From contig NC_068985.1 in the NCBI RefSeq assembly GCF_001194135.2, forward strand, positions 19,800,132 through 19,864,131: a DNA stretch of 64,000 bases, given 5' to 3'. Position 1 is the first letter of the stretch, and the number at the start of each line of letters is the position of its first letter. The stretch comes from Octopus bimaculoides. Taxonomy: Eukaryota. Made by a program: the position numbers and the translations under genes. Positions 26,201 through 36,295 of the stretch are shown one piece after another. The notes below the pieces were generated by a model that saw only the letters and a program-made list of their open reading frames with translations, ran no database searches and had not been told where the DNA came from.

Positions 26201-29200
26201 CAAACAATTTCTATGTACTTAATTTTTAGACAAATAAATATTGATTTTATTCATTTTTGTATTTTTTTTGCAAGGTTCAAGATGTGAACTCATGTCTTGA
26301 AACATGATCTGTTGTATCTCAGGAGAACTGTTATACCAATAATAAGCATTGTGCATATGTTAAACATATGCAAAGTGCTTATTGTTGGCATAACAGTTTA
26401 GTATAACCCTTTAGCATTCAAATTTTTCTCTCAAATGTAATGTTTGTTTATTCCCATTGTTTTGAATTAACCTGACATTATCTCATAGCTTTGAGATTTC
26501 AATGATGTAATTGTTAATTTTACAAGGACCTTGTAGGGTAGGTGTAAGAAGCTGGACATGGCCAGTTTAAACGCTAAAGGGCAACAGATTCGGGGGTGAT
26601 GTTAAGTCCCCAGTGTTCAACTGGTACTGATGTCATTGACTCCGAAAGAATGAAAGGTAAAGTCAATCTTGGTGGAATTTGAACTCAGAACATAAAGACA
26701 CACAAAATTCTGTAACCATTTTGCCCAGCATACTAATGCTTCTACAACTCACCACCTTGCGGTCCAACAAAATATTGATTGATTGAAGCATATGCAATGT
26801 TAAAACTGATTGAGTTAGGTTCTCTTGCTCAAATAGGTTTTCTATAGTGTATAGACAAATCAATGTAATAGGGAGACATTGGGTTAGTAATTATAAATTC
26901 ATACTTAAAATCATGTTTCTACTTAGAATCAAATACTAAAGTTGTGAGATTCTGATGAATATTAAAAAATTATTCTGCTTTAAGCACGCCATATAACTTT
27001 AAGCACCCCTCATAACTTTTTAATTCTTAGGAATTTTCTGAAAATTTTTGCTAAATAGTGTTCTATACATGGGAAATCATATGATTTGCCACCCCCACCC
27101 CACCAAAGACTTTTTTGATGTGTGATTTAAGGGCTATTTAGCTGTTATTTTTAGCACATCTTATGACCACCTGATACCCTCTTCATTTGTTTGTCATTCT
27201 GATGTATTGATGTTTTTCAATATCTTTCTTCCTATAAACACATTTAATAGTCTATTGCTGGGATTTAAGCAAAAAAAAAAATTGTGACTGTCTATATTTT
27301 AAACTGATTTTTTAAAAACGTTCAAAAAATTTAAAAGCAAAAAAATATTTTTCAAAATTTGAAAAAGTAAGAAAATTCTTTTTCCTTAGTCAAAAGAATT
27401 CGCATGTGTTAAATACAAATTTGTAAAAATTTTCTGATAATTCTTAAAACTAAAAAAATCACATGAATTCCACCAATTATTTCTTGATATTAATTTCCAA
27501 TTTCTCTTTTGTAGATTCAGCGTTACGTAGGCTATTGTCCTCAATTCGATGCTCTTATTGAATGCTTGACTGCTCGTGAGATTTTAAATATGTTTGCCTT
27601 AATACGAGGTGTTCCACAAAAGATAATTCCACAAACAGTTAATGATCTGATTGAAGAATTGATGCTTCAGAAATATGCTGATAAACAGGTGAAAACATAC
27701 AGGTGGGTTTTGATATATCATACTTTGTCTTATATATTGATAGCCTTCAGAATAAAAAAAATGTCTTTTCATTTAGACATTATAAACAAAGCAAAATATT
27801 TGTGAATAGTTATGCTTATATATACCTTTGAGAGTTTCTATATGTATTTATATTGCATTGCACCTAGCTGTTTATATTAATTTTTTATATATGCATTAGC
27901 AGTCTGCTAAATCATCCATAGATTTTTATGGTAAATGCATATATGCTGACAGACAGAATTGCACGATATCTGCCAAATGGAAATAGGAAAAATGAAATGT
28001 TTAGTTTAAGGAATTCTCAAATCAGCAGTGGGGCAATTATATCCCCTGTTAGCATGTGTGTATATGTGCTTTTTCTACAATATTAAGAACATTTTAGCTC
28101 TTATTTTTAGCAATGTAGGTGTCTGGATACTCCTAGTCACATTAAGTTACAATTGCATTCTTCCTTTATGGTATCACATGGCATCTAGCTGTTTATATTT
28201 TATTTTATATATATGTGTGTGTGCGTATCTAAATGAGTTTTTATATACTTTTGCCCTCCATTGGTTACAATGATGAGGGTCCCTGTCTGTTTGTGAAATT
28301 AACATGCAAGGGACTGAGCACTCGACCAACATGGGTACCCTTAATGTAACTCTCAGGGAGATTCATTGTGACACAGAATGTAACAAGGCTGGCCTTTGAA
28401 TTACAGGTACAACTCGTCTTTGCCAGCTGAGTGAACTGGAGAAATAAAGTGTCTTGTTCAAGTATACATGCTGCCAGGACTTGAACTCACAGCCTTTTGT
28501 TTGTGAGTCAAATAACCCTAACGATCATGTGTCTGAGTTTTTATATACTCTTTTACTTGTTTCAGTCATTTGACTGCGGCCATGCTGGAGCACCGCCTTT
28601 AGTCGAGCAAATTGACCCCAGCACTTATTCTTTGTAAGCCTAGTACTTATTCTATCGGTCTCTTTTGCCAAACCGCTAAGTTACGGGGGACGTAAACACA
28701 CCAGCATCGGTTGTCAAGCGATGGTGGGGGGACAGACACAGACACACAAACACACATATATACATATACATATATACGACGGGCTTCTTTCAGTTTCCGT
28801 CTACCAAATCCACTCACAAGGCTTTGGTCGGCCCAAGGCTATAGTAGAAAACACTTGCCCAAGGTGACACGCAGTGGGACTGAACCCGGAACCATGTGGT
28901 TGGTAAGCAAGCTACTTACCACACAGCCAGAGTGTTTTTATATGCATGATTTAGAGTTTTTATATTTGGCTGCTATGAATAAAAATGTTTTGAAAAATGA
29001 ACTTTCTGAGAATTTGTACAGTAGCAATGATATTGGAAGTTCTGCAACAAACACAAGGAGACACATTCTTATAAGGAATTGATCAAAGTATATATACATG
29101 CTAAATCTTATAATAATTCTGCTTGATCCTCCATTACTTGGCCTGTTCGTAACGCTTTCATATGGTTATCTGAAAGGGAAGGAGAAAGGGGAAGGGAGGG

Positions 29201-32200
29201 AGAGGTGGTGGTGAGAGAAATGTATAATTTTTTTTTTCCTCCATTACTTAGCTTATCTGCAGTGCTTTTCCATGATTAGTTGAAGGGAAAGGCAAAGAGT
29301 GAGAGAAAAAGGGGGAGAAAGGAAAAGGAGAGAGAAAAAGAGGGTAAGGTGGAGAGTGAGAGAGAAAGAGGTAGAGTGCTGTGTATCAAGTCTGTAAAAT
29401 TGTGCATAAAATATATATATATATAGGCGCAGGAGTGGCTGTGTGTTAAGTAGCTTGCTTACCAACCACGTGGTTCCGGGTTCAGTCCCACTGCATGGCA
29501 CCTTGGGCAAGTGTCTTCTACTATAGCCTCGGGCCGACCAAAGCCTTGTGAGTGGATTTGGTAGACGGAAACTGAAAGAAGCCTGTTGTATATATATGTG
29601 TGTGTGTGTTTGCGTGTCTGTGTTCGTCCCCCCACCATTGCTTGACAACCGATGGTGGTGTGTTTATGTCCCCGTAACTTAGCGGTTCGGCAAAAGAGAC
29701 CGATAGAATAAGTACTAGGCTTCCAAAGAATAAGTCCTGGGGTCGATTTGTTCAACTAAAGGCGGTACTCCAGCATGGCCGCAGTCAAATGACTGAAACA
29801 AGTAAAAGAGTAAAAGAGTATATAAAGTGCATTAAGTAATCATCATATTCCAATTTCCTTCACTTTTCAATGAGTAACAGATGAGTGACTATTTTTTGAC
29901 ACAGACACAACATACGCTACGTTTTCAGATTTTTTAAGTAAAGTTTTCAGAAATGACCCATTAAGTTTATCATTAATTCTGTGAAACATTCACAGGTCCT
30001 GCTAGGATCATTTGTGTATTGGTATTCATTTCACATCTGCCACAGAAATTATGAAAAGATAAAGGAAATAAAAGTTATGAAATAGTATAAAGAGTTATAA
30101 CAAGCTAAAGAAAGGCATGATTAAAATAAAGACTCACCTTGTCATTAGGATCTTTAATGGGAAAATATTTTCCTTTTTATTCAGGACACTTAACTTTACT
30201 TAAAGTGTATTTTTAGTCTATTCATGAGAAGTTTTAACATTTTCATAAAATACACCATTTTGAGCGTGGCCGTTGCCAGTACCGTGTGACTGGCCTACGT
30301 GTGGGTGACACGTAAAAGCACCCACTACACTCTTTGAGTGGTTGGCGTTAGGAAGGGCATCCAGCTATAGAAACCCTGCCAAATCGGATTGGAGCCTGGT
30401 GTAGCCATCTGGTTTCACCAGTCCTCAGTCAAATCGTCCAACCCATGCTAGCATGGAAAGCGGACGTTAAACGATGATGATGATTTAATTATTTCTCTTG
30501 TTTGTGGACACAGCGGTGGCAACAAGAGGAAGTTAAGTACAGCTGTGGCTCTGATTGGTGATCCCCCTGTTGTCTTATTGGATGAACCTACAACTGGCAT
30601 GGATCCAGGAACCAGACGGAATCTATGGAATACTCTTATAAAAGTGAGGGATACTGGACGAACATTGATTTTGACATCACACAGGTAATTACCGGCTCTT
30701 TTTCAAATAGCAAAAACATAAAACTGTTTGGGTAACATGTTAAATTGCTGCAATTTAATTAACTTGACAGTCACCACTGGTGACTTCATCTGTACTCTGT
30801 TTCACAATGCTATGATATTCTTTTACATTCTCCTGTCTTTCTTTTCATAATAGTCCTTCATATTATGAGGGTCTGGTGCTTTGCTGTATTCAAGAAGACT
30901 CATCCACATAAAAAACATTGATGTTGGTGCCACATTAAACGCACCTAGCAAACACTGTAATGTGGTTGGCATTAGGAAGGGCACCCAGCTATAGAAATCA
31001 TGCCAGAACAGACAATGGAGCCTGGTGCAGCCCCTGGCTTTACCAGCCCCTTGTCAAACTGTCCAACCCCTGCTAGCATGGAAAATGGATGTTAAATGAT
31101 GATGATGCTTCAGTAAAACCTCTTTTTATCCAAGTAATAGTTCATGTCTTAGAACTGTGATGATGCACAGTAATGAGACATGGGCCTTGAATGTAGAGGA
31201 CTTGAGAAAATTGAAAAGAAATGTAGGTAACATGCTGCAGTGGATGTGTAATTTAAGTGTGCAAGAAAGAAAACTGTGCATATGATATGTATGGATAAGG
31301 ACAACTTTATAAAGAAGTACTGATTCCTTAATTTGGATGGAGCTTGCAGAAGCTGGTGACCCATAGAGTCATGGGATTAAATGGTGAAAGCTGATTTCAG
31401 ACTTTGAATCTTCCAGAGGTGAGAAAGGACTGGGATCACTGGTAATATGTGGTCCTTGAGAAGTTTCACTTGCTTCAATGAAACTACGTTCTGGAAGCAC
31501 TCTGTGTGTGTGTGTGTGTGTGTATGTATATATATCCACAATTGGGCCCTTTGTTCAGTTTCTTCTTCAAAATTTTCTCACCACCCACCATTCCTCTAAC
31601 TACAGTATTCTGCTGGTGTAATTAAAGTGAATAAAACTACATGCTTCCCCAGCTTTTCCCTGATACAACTTCTTTTTACCAAAGCCATTTCACTTGTTAT
31701 CCATTTTTCATTCTTAATAGTGTCCTCTCCATCCACAGTTTACATTGATCACCCTCAATCACGTCATCTCTCTCTCTTCTGTACCATTATTACTATTCCG
31801 TTGCCTTTCACCTAACTTTTCTCCTCCACCAGCTCATGTAGCATGTCACCCCAACCTATTATCTACCATTCACTACATCCACCTCTTAACCCTACCCAAT
31901 TTTTACAGTTGTCACCTCCTCTTCCTTGCCATTCCTACTTATCACCTCTCAACATTTGTTCATTATATTCATCCCTTCATCTATCTCTCATTCTCACATA
32001 TTCTTGTAATCTCTACCCACCCACACTCCCTGTTCTTCTGTCCCTACTCACCTCCTATTTTGTGTGTCCATCTTGACACATCATCAATGCTATTTCTATT
32101 TCTTTCCAACTCCACCCTGGCCACTTCTGCTTTCTTTTCTGTAATATGAATAGCTATGTAGCTCTGCTACAGCAAGAAACCTGTTCTGCTCTGGTCCTTT

Positions 32201-34176
32201 CTATAAACCATCCACCCCATTTCCATGCATAAAGCCACATTCCTCTCTTCTATAGCCCCACTCAGTCAAAAGGGAGCTTAGTCTTACAAGCTACATGGTG
32301 CCCTTACTAGTACTGGTGCCACAAAAAAAATGAAAAAATAAAAAAAACACCCAGTATGCACTGTAAAGTGGTTGGTGTTAAGAAAGGCATCCAGCCATAG
32401 GATGCCATGTCACAGCAGACATTGGAGCATGATGCAGTCCTTGAACCCATTGGATTCTGTTAACCCATCCTGCCTGTCACAAAGACAACATGGATCCTGG
32501 ACATTAAATGTTGGTGTGTGTGTGGGTTTGTATTTGCTCACATTTTCAAGTATGTTTGCTGACAGTAAGGGACAGCCTTGTTGTTTATACAGATGGTGTC
32601 CTTTGCTTGCGATCCACCACAAAAGGGTCTGCAGGTTTCTTGACATGTTGCATAATGTTTGTTAACAAAAGGCTTATTCAAATCAGGTTGTCTATTTCCA
32701 ATTTTCAGCATTACTGTGTCTAAGTTTTCTGTTTGATAAACTATAGGATTATTGGATTTCTTGGAGATGAGGGTTGGCATATGGAAGGATATCCAGTTAC
32801 AGAATCTTTGCTCCTGCAAAATCACATCTGACCCATGCAAAGATGGAAAAGTGGACATCAAAACAATGATGATGATTGTGTGTGTGTGCATTAATTACTG
32901 TTGATTTTTTCCATCATTGGCTAATTGACTCTAGATTGAATATAATTTATAGTTAAACTAAGGTTACTTTATTTGACACAGGACCCATTAAAAAAGCTAA
33001 CTGAAATTATGTGATGGAGCAGTAATGGACTCTTTAGTCCAGTCATAGAAACTGCCATAGTGCTAGTGGCAAAAAAAAAGAAAGTTATATCAATGCTGTA
33101 AAGTAAATAATGAGAGGAAGTGCATCAAATTGTAAAAATCATGCCACGGGCAGAGTATGCACAACAACCAAGATTAGGGGTTTTCTCTGTTGTGTGTGTG
33201 CACGATATGATGAAGGACCTCAAGTTGTGAGACTCATTTAACCCATACCATCATGGAAAAAATGTAAAATGGTGCTTATTATGAAGGTTGTTACTTTTGG
33301 TGATGGTGGTGGTATCACTGGTGATAGAAAGATGAGTCAGTAAAATCGTTTATGCTTATTGTTTTCTCATTTTTTCTTGTTTTTGTTTTTTTCTGGTGCG
33401 TACAGAAGACCAATGAGGGCATGTTTCAGAATTGTTCTAATTATTAGTGTATTCATTTCTGACCATTGACAGCACATACGTCTGACACATGGCATGGGTA
33501 AACTTTTTGAGTGACAGGGATTGCATAGTAAGGAATAAGAGACTAATTTATTGGATTTCTCTTTGGAAACCAAATATCCGATGAGGCTATGACTCCCAAC
33601 TGGATTTATTAAAAAACACACACACTCACACATACCAGTGTGAATATGTAATTATAATATTAACACATGCACATCTGATAATGCAATGAAATATCTCTTC
33701 TGTAATTCTTTCCTAGAATGCTGTTGTGAACTATATATTTCTCAGTATATATTTTTGATATTTTTCTTTATTTGTCAAGCATGGATGAATGTGAAGCCCT
33801 CTGTACCAAGATAGCCATTATGGTCAATGGTCAGTTCCGATGTTATGGAAGTATTCAACACCTTAAGAGCAAATTTGGAGAAGGATACACTCTCATTGCT
33901 AAAGTGAAACACCAAGATTCCAATGGAGAACCACCAAACTTATACCCATTAATGAATTTTATTGAAAATTCTTTGCCAGGAAGTACGTTGAATGACAAGC
34001 ATGAAGGGCTTGTCTATTATCAAATTCCTAAAAATCCAGAGATTTCATGGTCTCAAATGTTTGGGACTTTGGAGCAGGCTAAATACATGTTTAATGTTGA
34101 AGCTTATTCTTTAGGTCAAACATCATTAGAGCAAGTATTTATAAACTTTGCTAGATTACAAGTAACACGAACATAA
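3847..34176 (+). CDS. ABCA3: ABCA-subfamily full transporter (ABCA3-like), 3' 14 coding exons: end of TMD1, NBD1, TMD2, NBD2; 5' exons lie upstream of the window
   Basis: 14 GT-AG exons join with matching phases (3764 nt). NBD1 has [26 protein letters not shown] and [12 protein letters not shown]2 has [26 protein letters not shown] and TSHSMDECE. The C-terminus is [15 protein letters not shown]. Subfamily is certain; ABCA3 orthology is a best guess from motif style and the short tail. Confidence 0.93.
4066..4728 (-). mobile_element. SINE family A, split by an insert of about 250 bp inside its (TA)n
   Basis: 3' half at 4066-4299 and 5' half at 4554-4728, both reverse complement of family A. 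Confidence 0.85.
6350..7100 (-). mobile_element. CR1-type LINE 3' fragment
   Basis: ORF 6544-7017: [36 protein letters not shown]. Confidence 0.8.
7471..7608 (+). CDS. ABCA3: ABCA exon (MSYWCG...FEAEP...IKNLYK)
   Basis: ttcag|ATG acceptor and AAG|gtttgt donor; 138 nt, phase 0/0. Confidence 0.93.
8232..8288. repeat. (GTA)n(GCA)n compound microsatellite. Others: (TTA)n 2808-2860, (CCA)n 9915-9985, poly-A 42105-42132, (TA)n 61607-61651
   Basis: direct inspection. Confidence 0.9.
8640..9118 (+). mobile_element. RTE LINE 3' UTR with a (GAT)n tail and about 60-bp tandem subunits. Tail copies: 2385-2570+, 4770-4940-, 10340-10460-, 14015-14140+, 23960-24195+, 24430-24610+, 30250-30484+, 30920-31105+, 35240-35330-, 37630-37830-, 48965-49440-, 54430-54695+, 57170-57350+
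   Basis: shared AGTGGTTGGCGTTAGGAAGGGCATCCAGC...CATGGAAAGCGGACGTTAAACGATGATG; at 53720-54065 the same tail follows an RTE ORF end (ALLEKTRQAK*). Confidence 0.85.
9231..9471. mobile_element. Fold-back MITE with imperfect arms of about 110 bp
   Basis: ACATGGATGCTTTGTTAGAACAC... and ...GTGTTCTAACAAAGCATCCATGT. Confidence 0.8.
9584..9707 (+). CDS. ABCA3: ABCA exon, NBD1 Walker A (GHNGAGKTT)
   Basis: ctag|GAA acceptor and G|gtgagt donor; [42 protein letters not shown]. Confidence 0.97.
10034..10188 (+). CDS. ABCA3: ABCA exon, NBD1 Q-loop (GICPQHD)
   Basis: cacag|GT acceptor and CAG|gtaaag donor; phase 1/0. Confidence 0.96.
10890..11420 (-). mobile_element. R2/NeSL-group (Hero-like) LINE C-terminal restriction-like endonuclease fragment, decayed
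   Basis: [12 protein letters not shown]...[14 protein letters not shown] resembles the ELTVPWE...VEVGCRGF motif. Confidence 0.6.
11860..12015 (+). CDS. ABCA3: ABCA exon, NBD1 signature (LSGGMKRRL)
   Basis: tatag|TTG acceptor and AAG|gtattt donor; 156 nt. Confidence 0.96.
12752..12962 (+). CDS. ABCA3: ABCA exon, NBD1 Walker B/H-loop ([13 protein letters not shown]...TTHFMDEAD...LKSKYG); not in the ORF track
   Basis: catag|ATT acceptor and G|gtaagt donor; translated by eye. Confidence 0.96.
13071..13389 (+). mobile_element. SINE family D (tRNA head plus CORE-like CACTTTATTTCAC...CTCAGCT). Related copies: 17078-17290+, 28250-28533-, 36720-36945-, 40180-40392+, 47020-47325+
   Basis: A/B boxes (GCTTAGTGGT, GAGTTCAATTCC); shared GAATCTCCCTG...GGAGTGCTCAGCCACTTG body. 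Confidence 0.75.
14238..14658 (+). mobile_element. SINE family A, full length
   Basis: complete head through the GTAAAAGA tail. Confidence 0.92.
15806..16232 (+). mobile_element. SINE family A, full length, ending about 60 nt before an ABCA acceptor
   Basis: complete head through the GTAAAAGA tail. Confidence 0.92.
16295..16544 (+). CDS. ABCA3: ABCA exon, R1 region ([10 protein letters not shown]...TTMEEVFLK)
   Basis: ctag|GT acceptor and AA|gttagt donor; phase 1/2. Confidence 0.95.
16620..17070. repeat. Low-complexity C/CA-rich tract
   Basis: CCCAC/CACCAC units. Confidence 0.85.
17633..18655 (-). mobile_element. RTE LINE fragment: RT domain to Cys-rich region, with an internal deletion
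   Basis: [56 protein letters not shown]. Confidence 0.92.
19623..19720 (+). CDS. ABCA3: ABCA linker exon ([32 protein letters not shown]); not in the ORF track
   Basis: pyrimidine tract then aacag| acceptor and |gtgagt donor; 98 nt, no stop, phases 2/1 exactly bridge the neighbouring exons. Confidence 0.7.
19916..20229. mobile_element. Fold-back element with imperfect arms of about 125 bp
   Basis: TGCAATGTTATTACCAGTTCGAATATGCTAAT... pairs with ...ATTAGCATATTTGAATTGGTAATAACATTGCA. Confidence 0.8.
20520..21524 (+). CDS. ABCA3: ABCA large exon (1005 nt): TMD2 start, extracellular domain 2, TM helices
   Basis: gcag|GA acceptor and G|gtaaat donor; [40 protein letters not shown]. Confidence 0.96.
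21647..21841 (+). CDS. ABCA3: ABCA exon ([11 protein letters not shown]...[16 protein letters not shown]...); not in the ORF track
   Basis: ttcag|GG acceptor and A|gtaagt donor; phase 1/1. Confidence 0.93.
22520..22860 (+). mobile_element. RTE-BovB-like RT fragment, decayed
   Basis: [14 protein letters not shown]...[11 protein letters not shown] resembles the RT motif-1/2 region. Confidence 0.6.
23230..24370 (+). mobile_element. Decayed RTE LINE fragment interrupted by a piggyBac-type MITE and an RTE tail
   Basis: [20 protein letters not shown] and [21 protein letters not shown] remnants. Confidence 0.65.
23589..23809 (+). mobile_element. piggyBac-type non-autonomous element (TTAA-CCCTTTAG...CTAAAGGG-TTAA). 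Copies: 25945-26161, 26407-26581, 47962-48185, 50872-51075, 18940-19165, 9120-9228 (partial), 63893-64000 (partial)
   Basis: TTAA target duplication, CCC/GGG termini, no coding capacity. Confidence 0.85.
24981..25474 (+). CDS. ABCA3: ABCA exon, end of TMD2 and NBD2 Walker A (GINGAGKTS)
   Basis: ttcag|GT acceptor and CAG|gtaaac donor. Confidence 0.96.
27515..27702 (+). CDS. ABCA3: ABCA exon, NBD2 Q-loop (GYCPQFDAL)
   Basis: tgtag|ATT acceptor and AG|gtgggt donor. Confidence 0.96.
28548..28929 (-). mobile_element. SINE family A, nearly full length
   Basis: reverse complement of family A; the first about 10 nt of the head are missing. Confidence 0.92.
29426..29817 (+). mobile_element. SINE family A, full length. 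Further partial or degenerate copies: 10539-10840+, 34562-34920+, 38223-38270+ (head only), 42450-42810+, 45748-45970+, 59300-59645+, 63640-63820-
   Basis: complete head through the GTAAAAGA tail. Confidence 0.92.
30514..30684 (+). CDS. ABCA3: ABCA exon, NBD2 signature/Walker B ([11 protein letters not shown]...[11 protein letters not shown]); not in the ORF track
   Basis: cacag|C acceptor and AG|gtaatt donor. Confidence 0.96.
31140..32510 (+). mobile_element. Old RTE LINE 3' portion with a long CT-rich 3' UTR and tail
   Basis: [22 protein letters not shown], then a pyrimidine-rich tract and the shared tail. Confidence 0.7.
33780..34176 (+). CDS. ABCA3: ABCA terminal coding exon (SMDECEALC...[15 protein letters not shown])
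   Basis: tgtcaag|C acceptor (AAG type), phase 2 matches the previous exon, TAA stop. Confidence 0.95.
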
Positions 34177-34197
34177 CTAACTAATGACATTAATTTA

Positions 34198-34203
34198 AAT
34201 AAA
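34198..34203 (+). promoter_or_regulatory. Candidate polyadenylation signal for the ABCA gene
   Basis: AATAAA about 20 nt after the stop; AT-rich context makes a chance match likely. Confidence 0.25.
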
Positions 34204-34954
34204 TATTCCACAAACATACATAAATATTAAATATCACATGTATATTTGCAGTTGTCCTTTCAGTGGTTTGTAAGATTTGTAAATAGTAAAACCGGTTAGA
34301 TACATATGTATATATAAATGTGTGTGTATTTCTTTGTTTGTGTGTGTATGTGTACTTGAATGAGCATACATATATAGTTAAAGGAAATAGATATATAATT
34401 ATTTTACAGTAATGTGTTTTGAATTAAATGCAAAGCTCATTTGAAGTTATAATGCACTTTTGCTCTAGAACTTAATTCCTCTATTGTATCAATCATTAAT
34501 TTAATAGTTTGTACTATAAAGAAATTGTGACTAACAAAATTTTTCAAATTAATTTTTTTATAGGCACAGGTGTGACTGTGTAATAAGTTTGCCTTCCAAC
34601 CACTTGGGCAAGTGTCTTCTACTATAGCCTTGGGCTGATCAGAGCCATTGTGAGTGGATTTGATAGACATAAACTGAAAGAAGCTTGTTGTATATATGTG
34701 TGTGTGTGTGTGTGTGTGTTTGTTTGTCCCCCACTACCCCACTGGTGTTGGTGTATTTACATCCAATAACTTAGTAGGTCAGCAAAAGAGACCAAAAGAA
34801 TAAGTACCAGGCTTGAAGAACAAATAAATACTGGGATCAATTGATTTGACTAAGAAACTCTTCAATGCAGTGCCCCAGCATGGCCACAGTATAATCACTG
34901 AAATAAGTAAACAGTAAAAGATTTACATTAACTTTACGTATGATTCCCTCCTCC

Positions 34955-35213
34955 TCAGTAATAATAATAATAACATCCTTAAACAATACTTATTCAAGGA
35001 CCTTTTGAGCAGGATCTGAAGAAAATTCCAACTGGGCCCCACCTGCAAGGTCATGCGTGGTTCATCTTGATATGAGATCACCATGTCGTGCACATTTGGT
35101 TGTGATGCATGGACCTGGTGTACCCTTATCAGGCGGGTAGTCATGATGGGTATACAGGGTTTCATATATTTTACCCCAGTGTCATTTTGATGGCATGCAC
35201 TGCTCTCTCATTC

Positions 35214-35240
<27 letters not shown>
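34955..35240 (+). mobile_element. LINE-like 3' end with an (AAT)n tail
   Basis: GC-richer block ending CTCTCTCATTC(AAT)n; family not assigned. Confidence 0.5.
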
Positions 35241-35245
<5 letters not shown>

Positions 35246-36263
35246 TTTGGCATGGTTTCTATGGCTGGATGCCTTTCCTTGTGCCAACAACTTTACACTG
35301 TGTACTGGATGTTTTTTGGGTTTTTTCTCAGCTAAGCAATTAAAAATGTTGGTTTCAAATTTTGGCACAAGGCCAGAAATTTCAGGGGAAGGGGTAAATT
35401 GATTATTATTAGGTGGTGGCTGTAGCAGGATGTCTAGACCTTGGGTCATCTTTAAGACTCACCCTACCCCTCTTGAATTTAGTTTCCCACTTTTGTACAG
35501 TTGATAAAGCTGGAGCATCATCCCTTTATGTAGAAACCATGTCAGCATGGATGTCTTTGGGGACTAACCCCTTTTTCTACAGACATTTGATAACCCCACA
35601 ATACCAAATTTTATCCATTTTCACAAATGTTTCTCGTACCACTTTTTCAAGTCCTCAATTCTGTATCCAATATAGGCCTATCTGGAAAGAAAGAAATACA
35701 GTTAGCATCAGTAAAGGTTGAATTTAATGCATACCAAGTTTAATTACTGTATGATAAATCCTTGAACTTTTCAGCCCACCTTTGTATGAAATTTCAGATA
35801 TAGAATACGAATAGGAGTGCTATGGTATTAGGATTGCTTTAACTTTTATACATTCAAAAGTAAAAGCATTATAGGTGTATTTGTTTCATCAAGGAATCAA
35901 AACAAATCACAAACCTGGTTTGCCATAATTATATTTCCTATTCTATGACACAAGGTACAAATTATAAACTCATTTCAAGTCTTTCTCTTAACTTACTACT
36001 AGTTTAATTTCTAATCTTAAAATGTGAGACTAACCTGTATTCTGATACTTCACTGAAAGTATATAACTGTCGTGCATGATATTTCATTATCATTTATTAT
36101 TGTCGTTGTTTTTTGCTCCCCCCCCACCTTTTTTGTTCTCAAATTCCACTGAAGTCAACCTTTGCCTTTCATCCTTTCAAGGTCAACAGAATAAGTACCA
36201 GTCGAGCACTGGGGTTGATGTAATCAACTATCCAACTCCCCATAAAACTTCAGGCCTTGTGCC

Positions 36264-36295
<32 letters not shown>

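Noticed and set aside
26326-26398. 73-nt pre-miRNA-like hairpin
   Set aside because: It is part of a dispersed repeat (related sequence at about 51505-51590), and there is no small-RNA evidence.
33773-33780. AAG acceptor of the last ABCA exon as a possible defect
   Set aside because: AAG acceptors are uncommon but normal; the phase and a strong pyrimidine tract fit.
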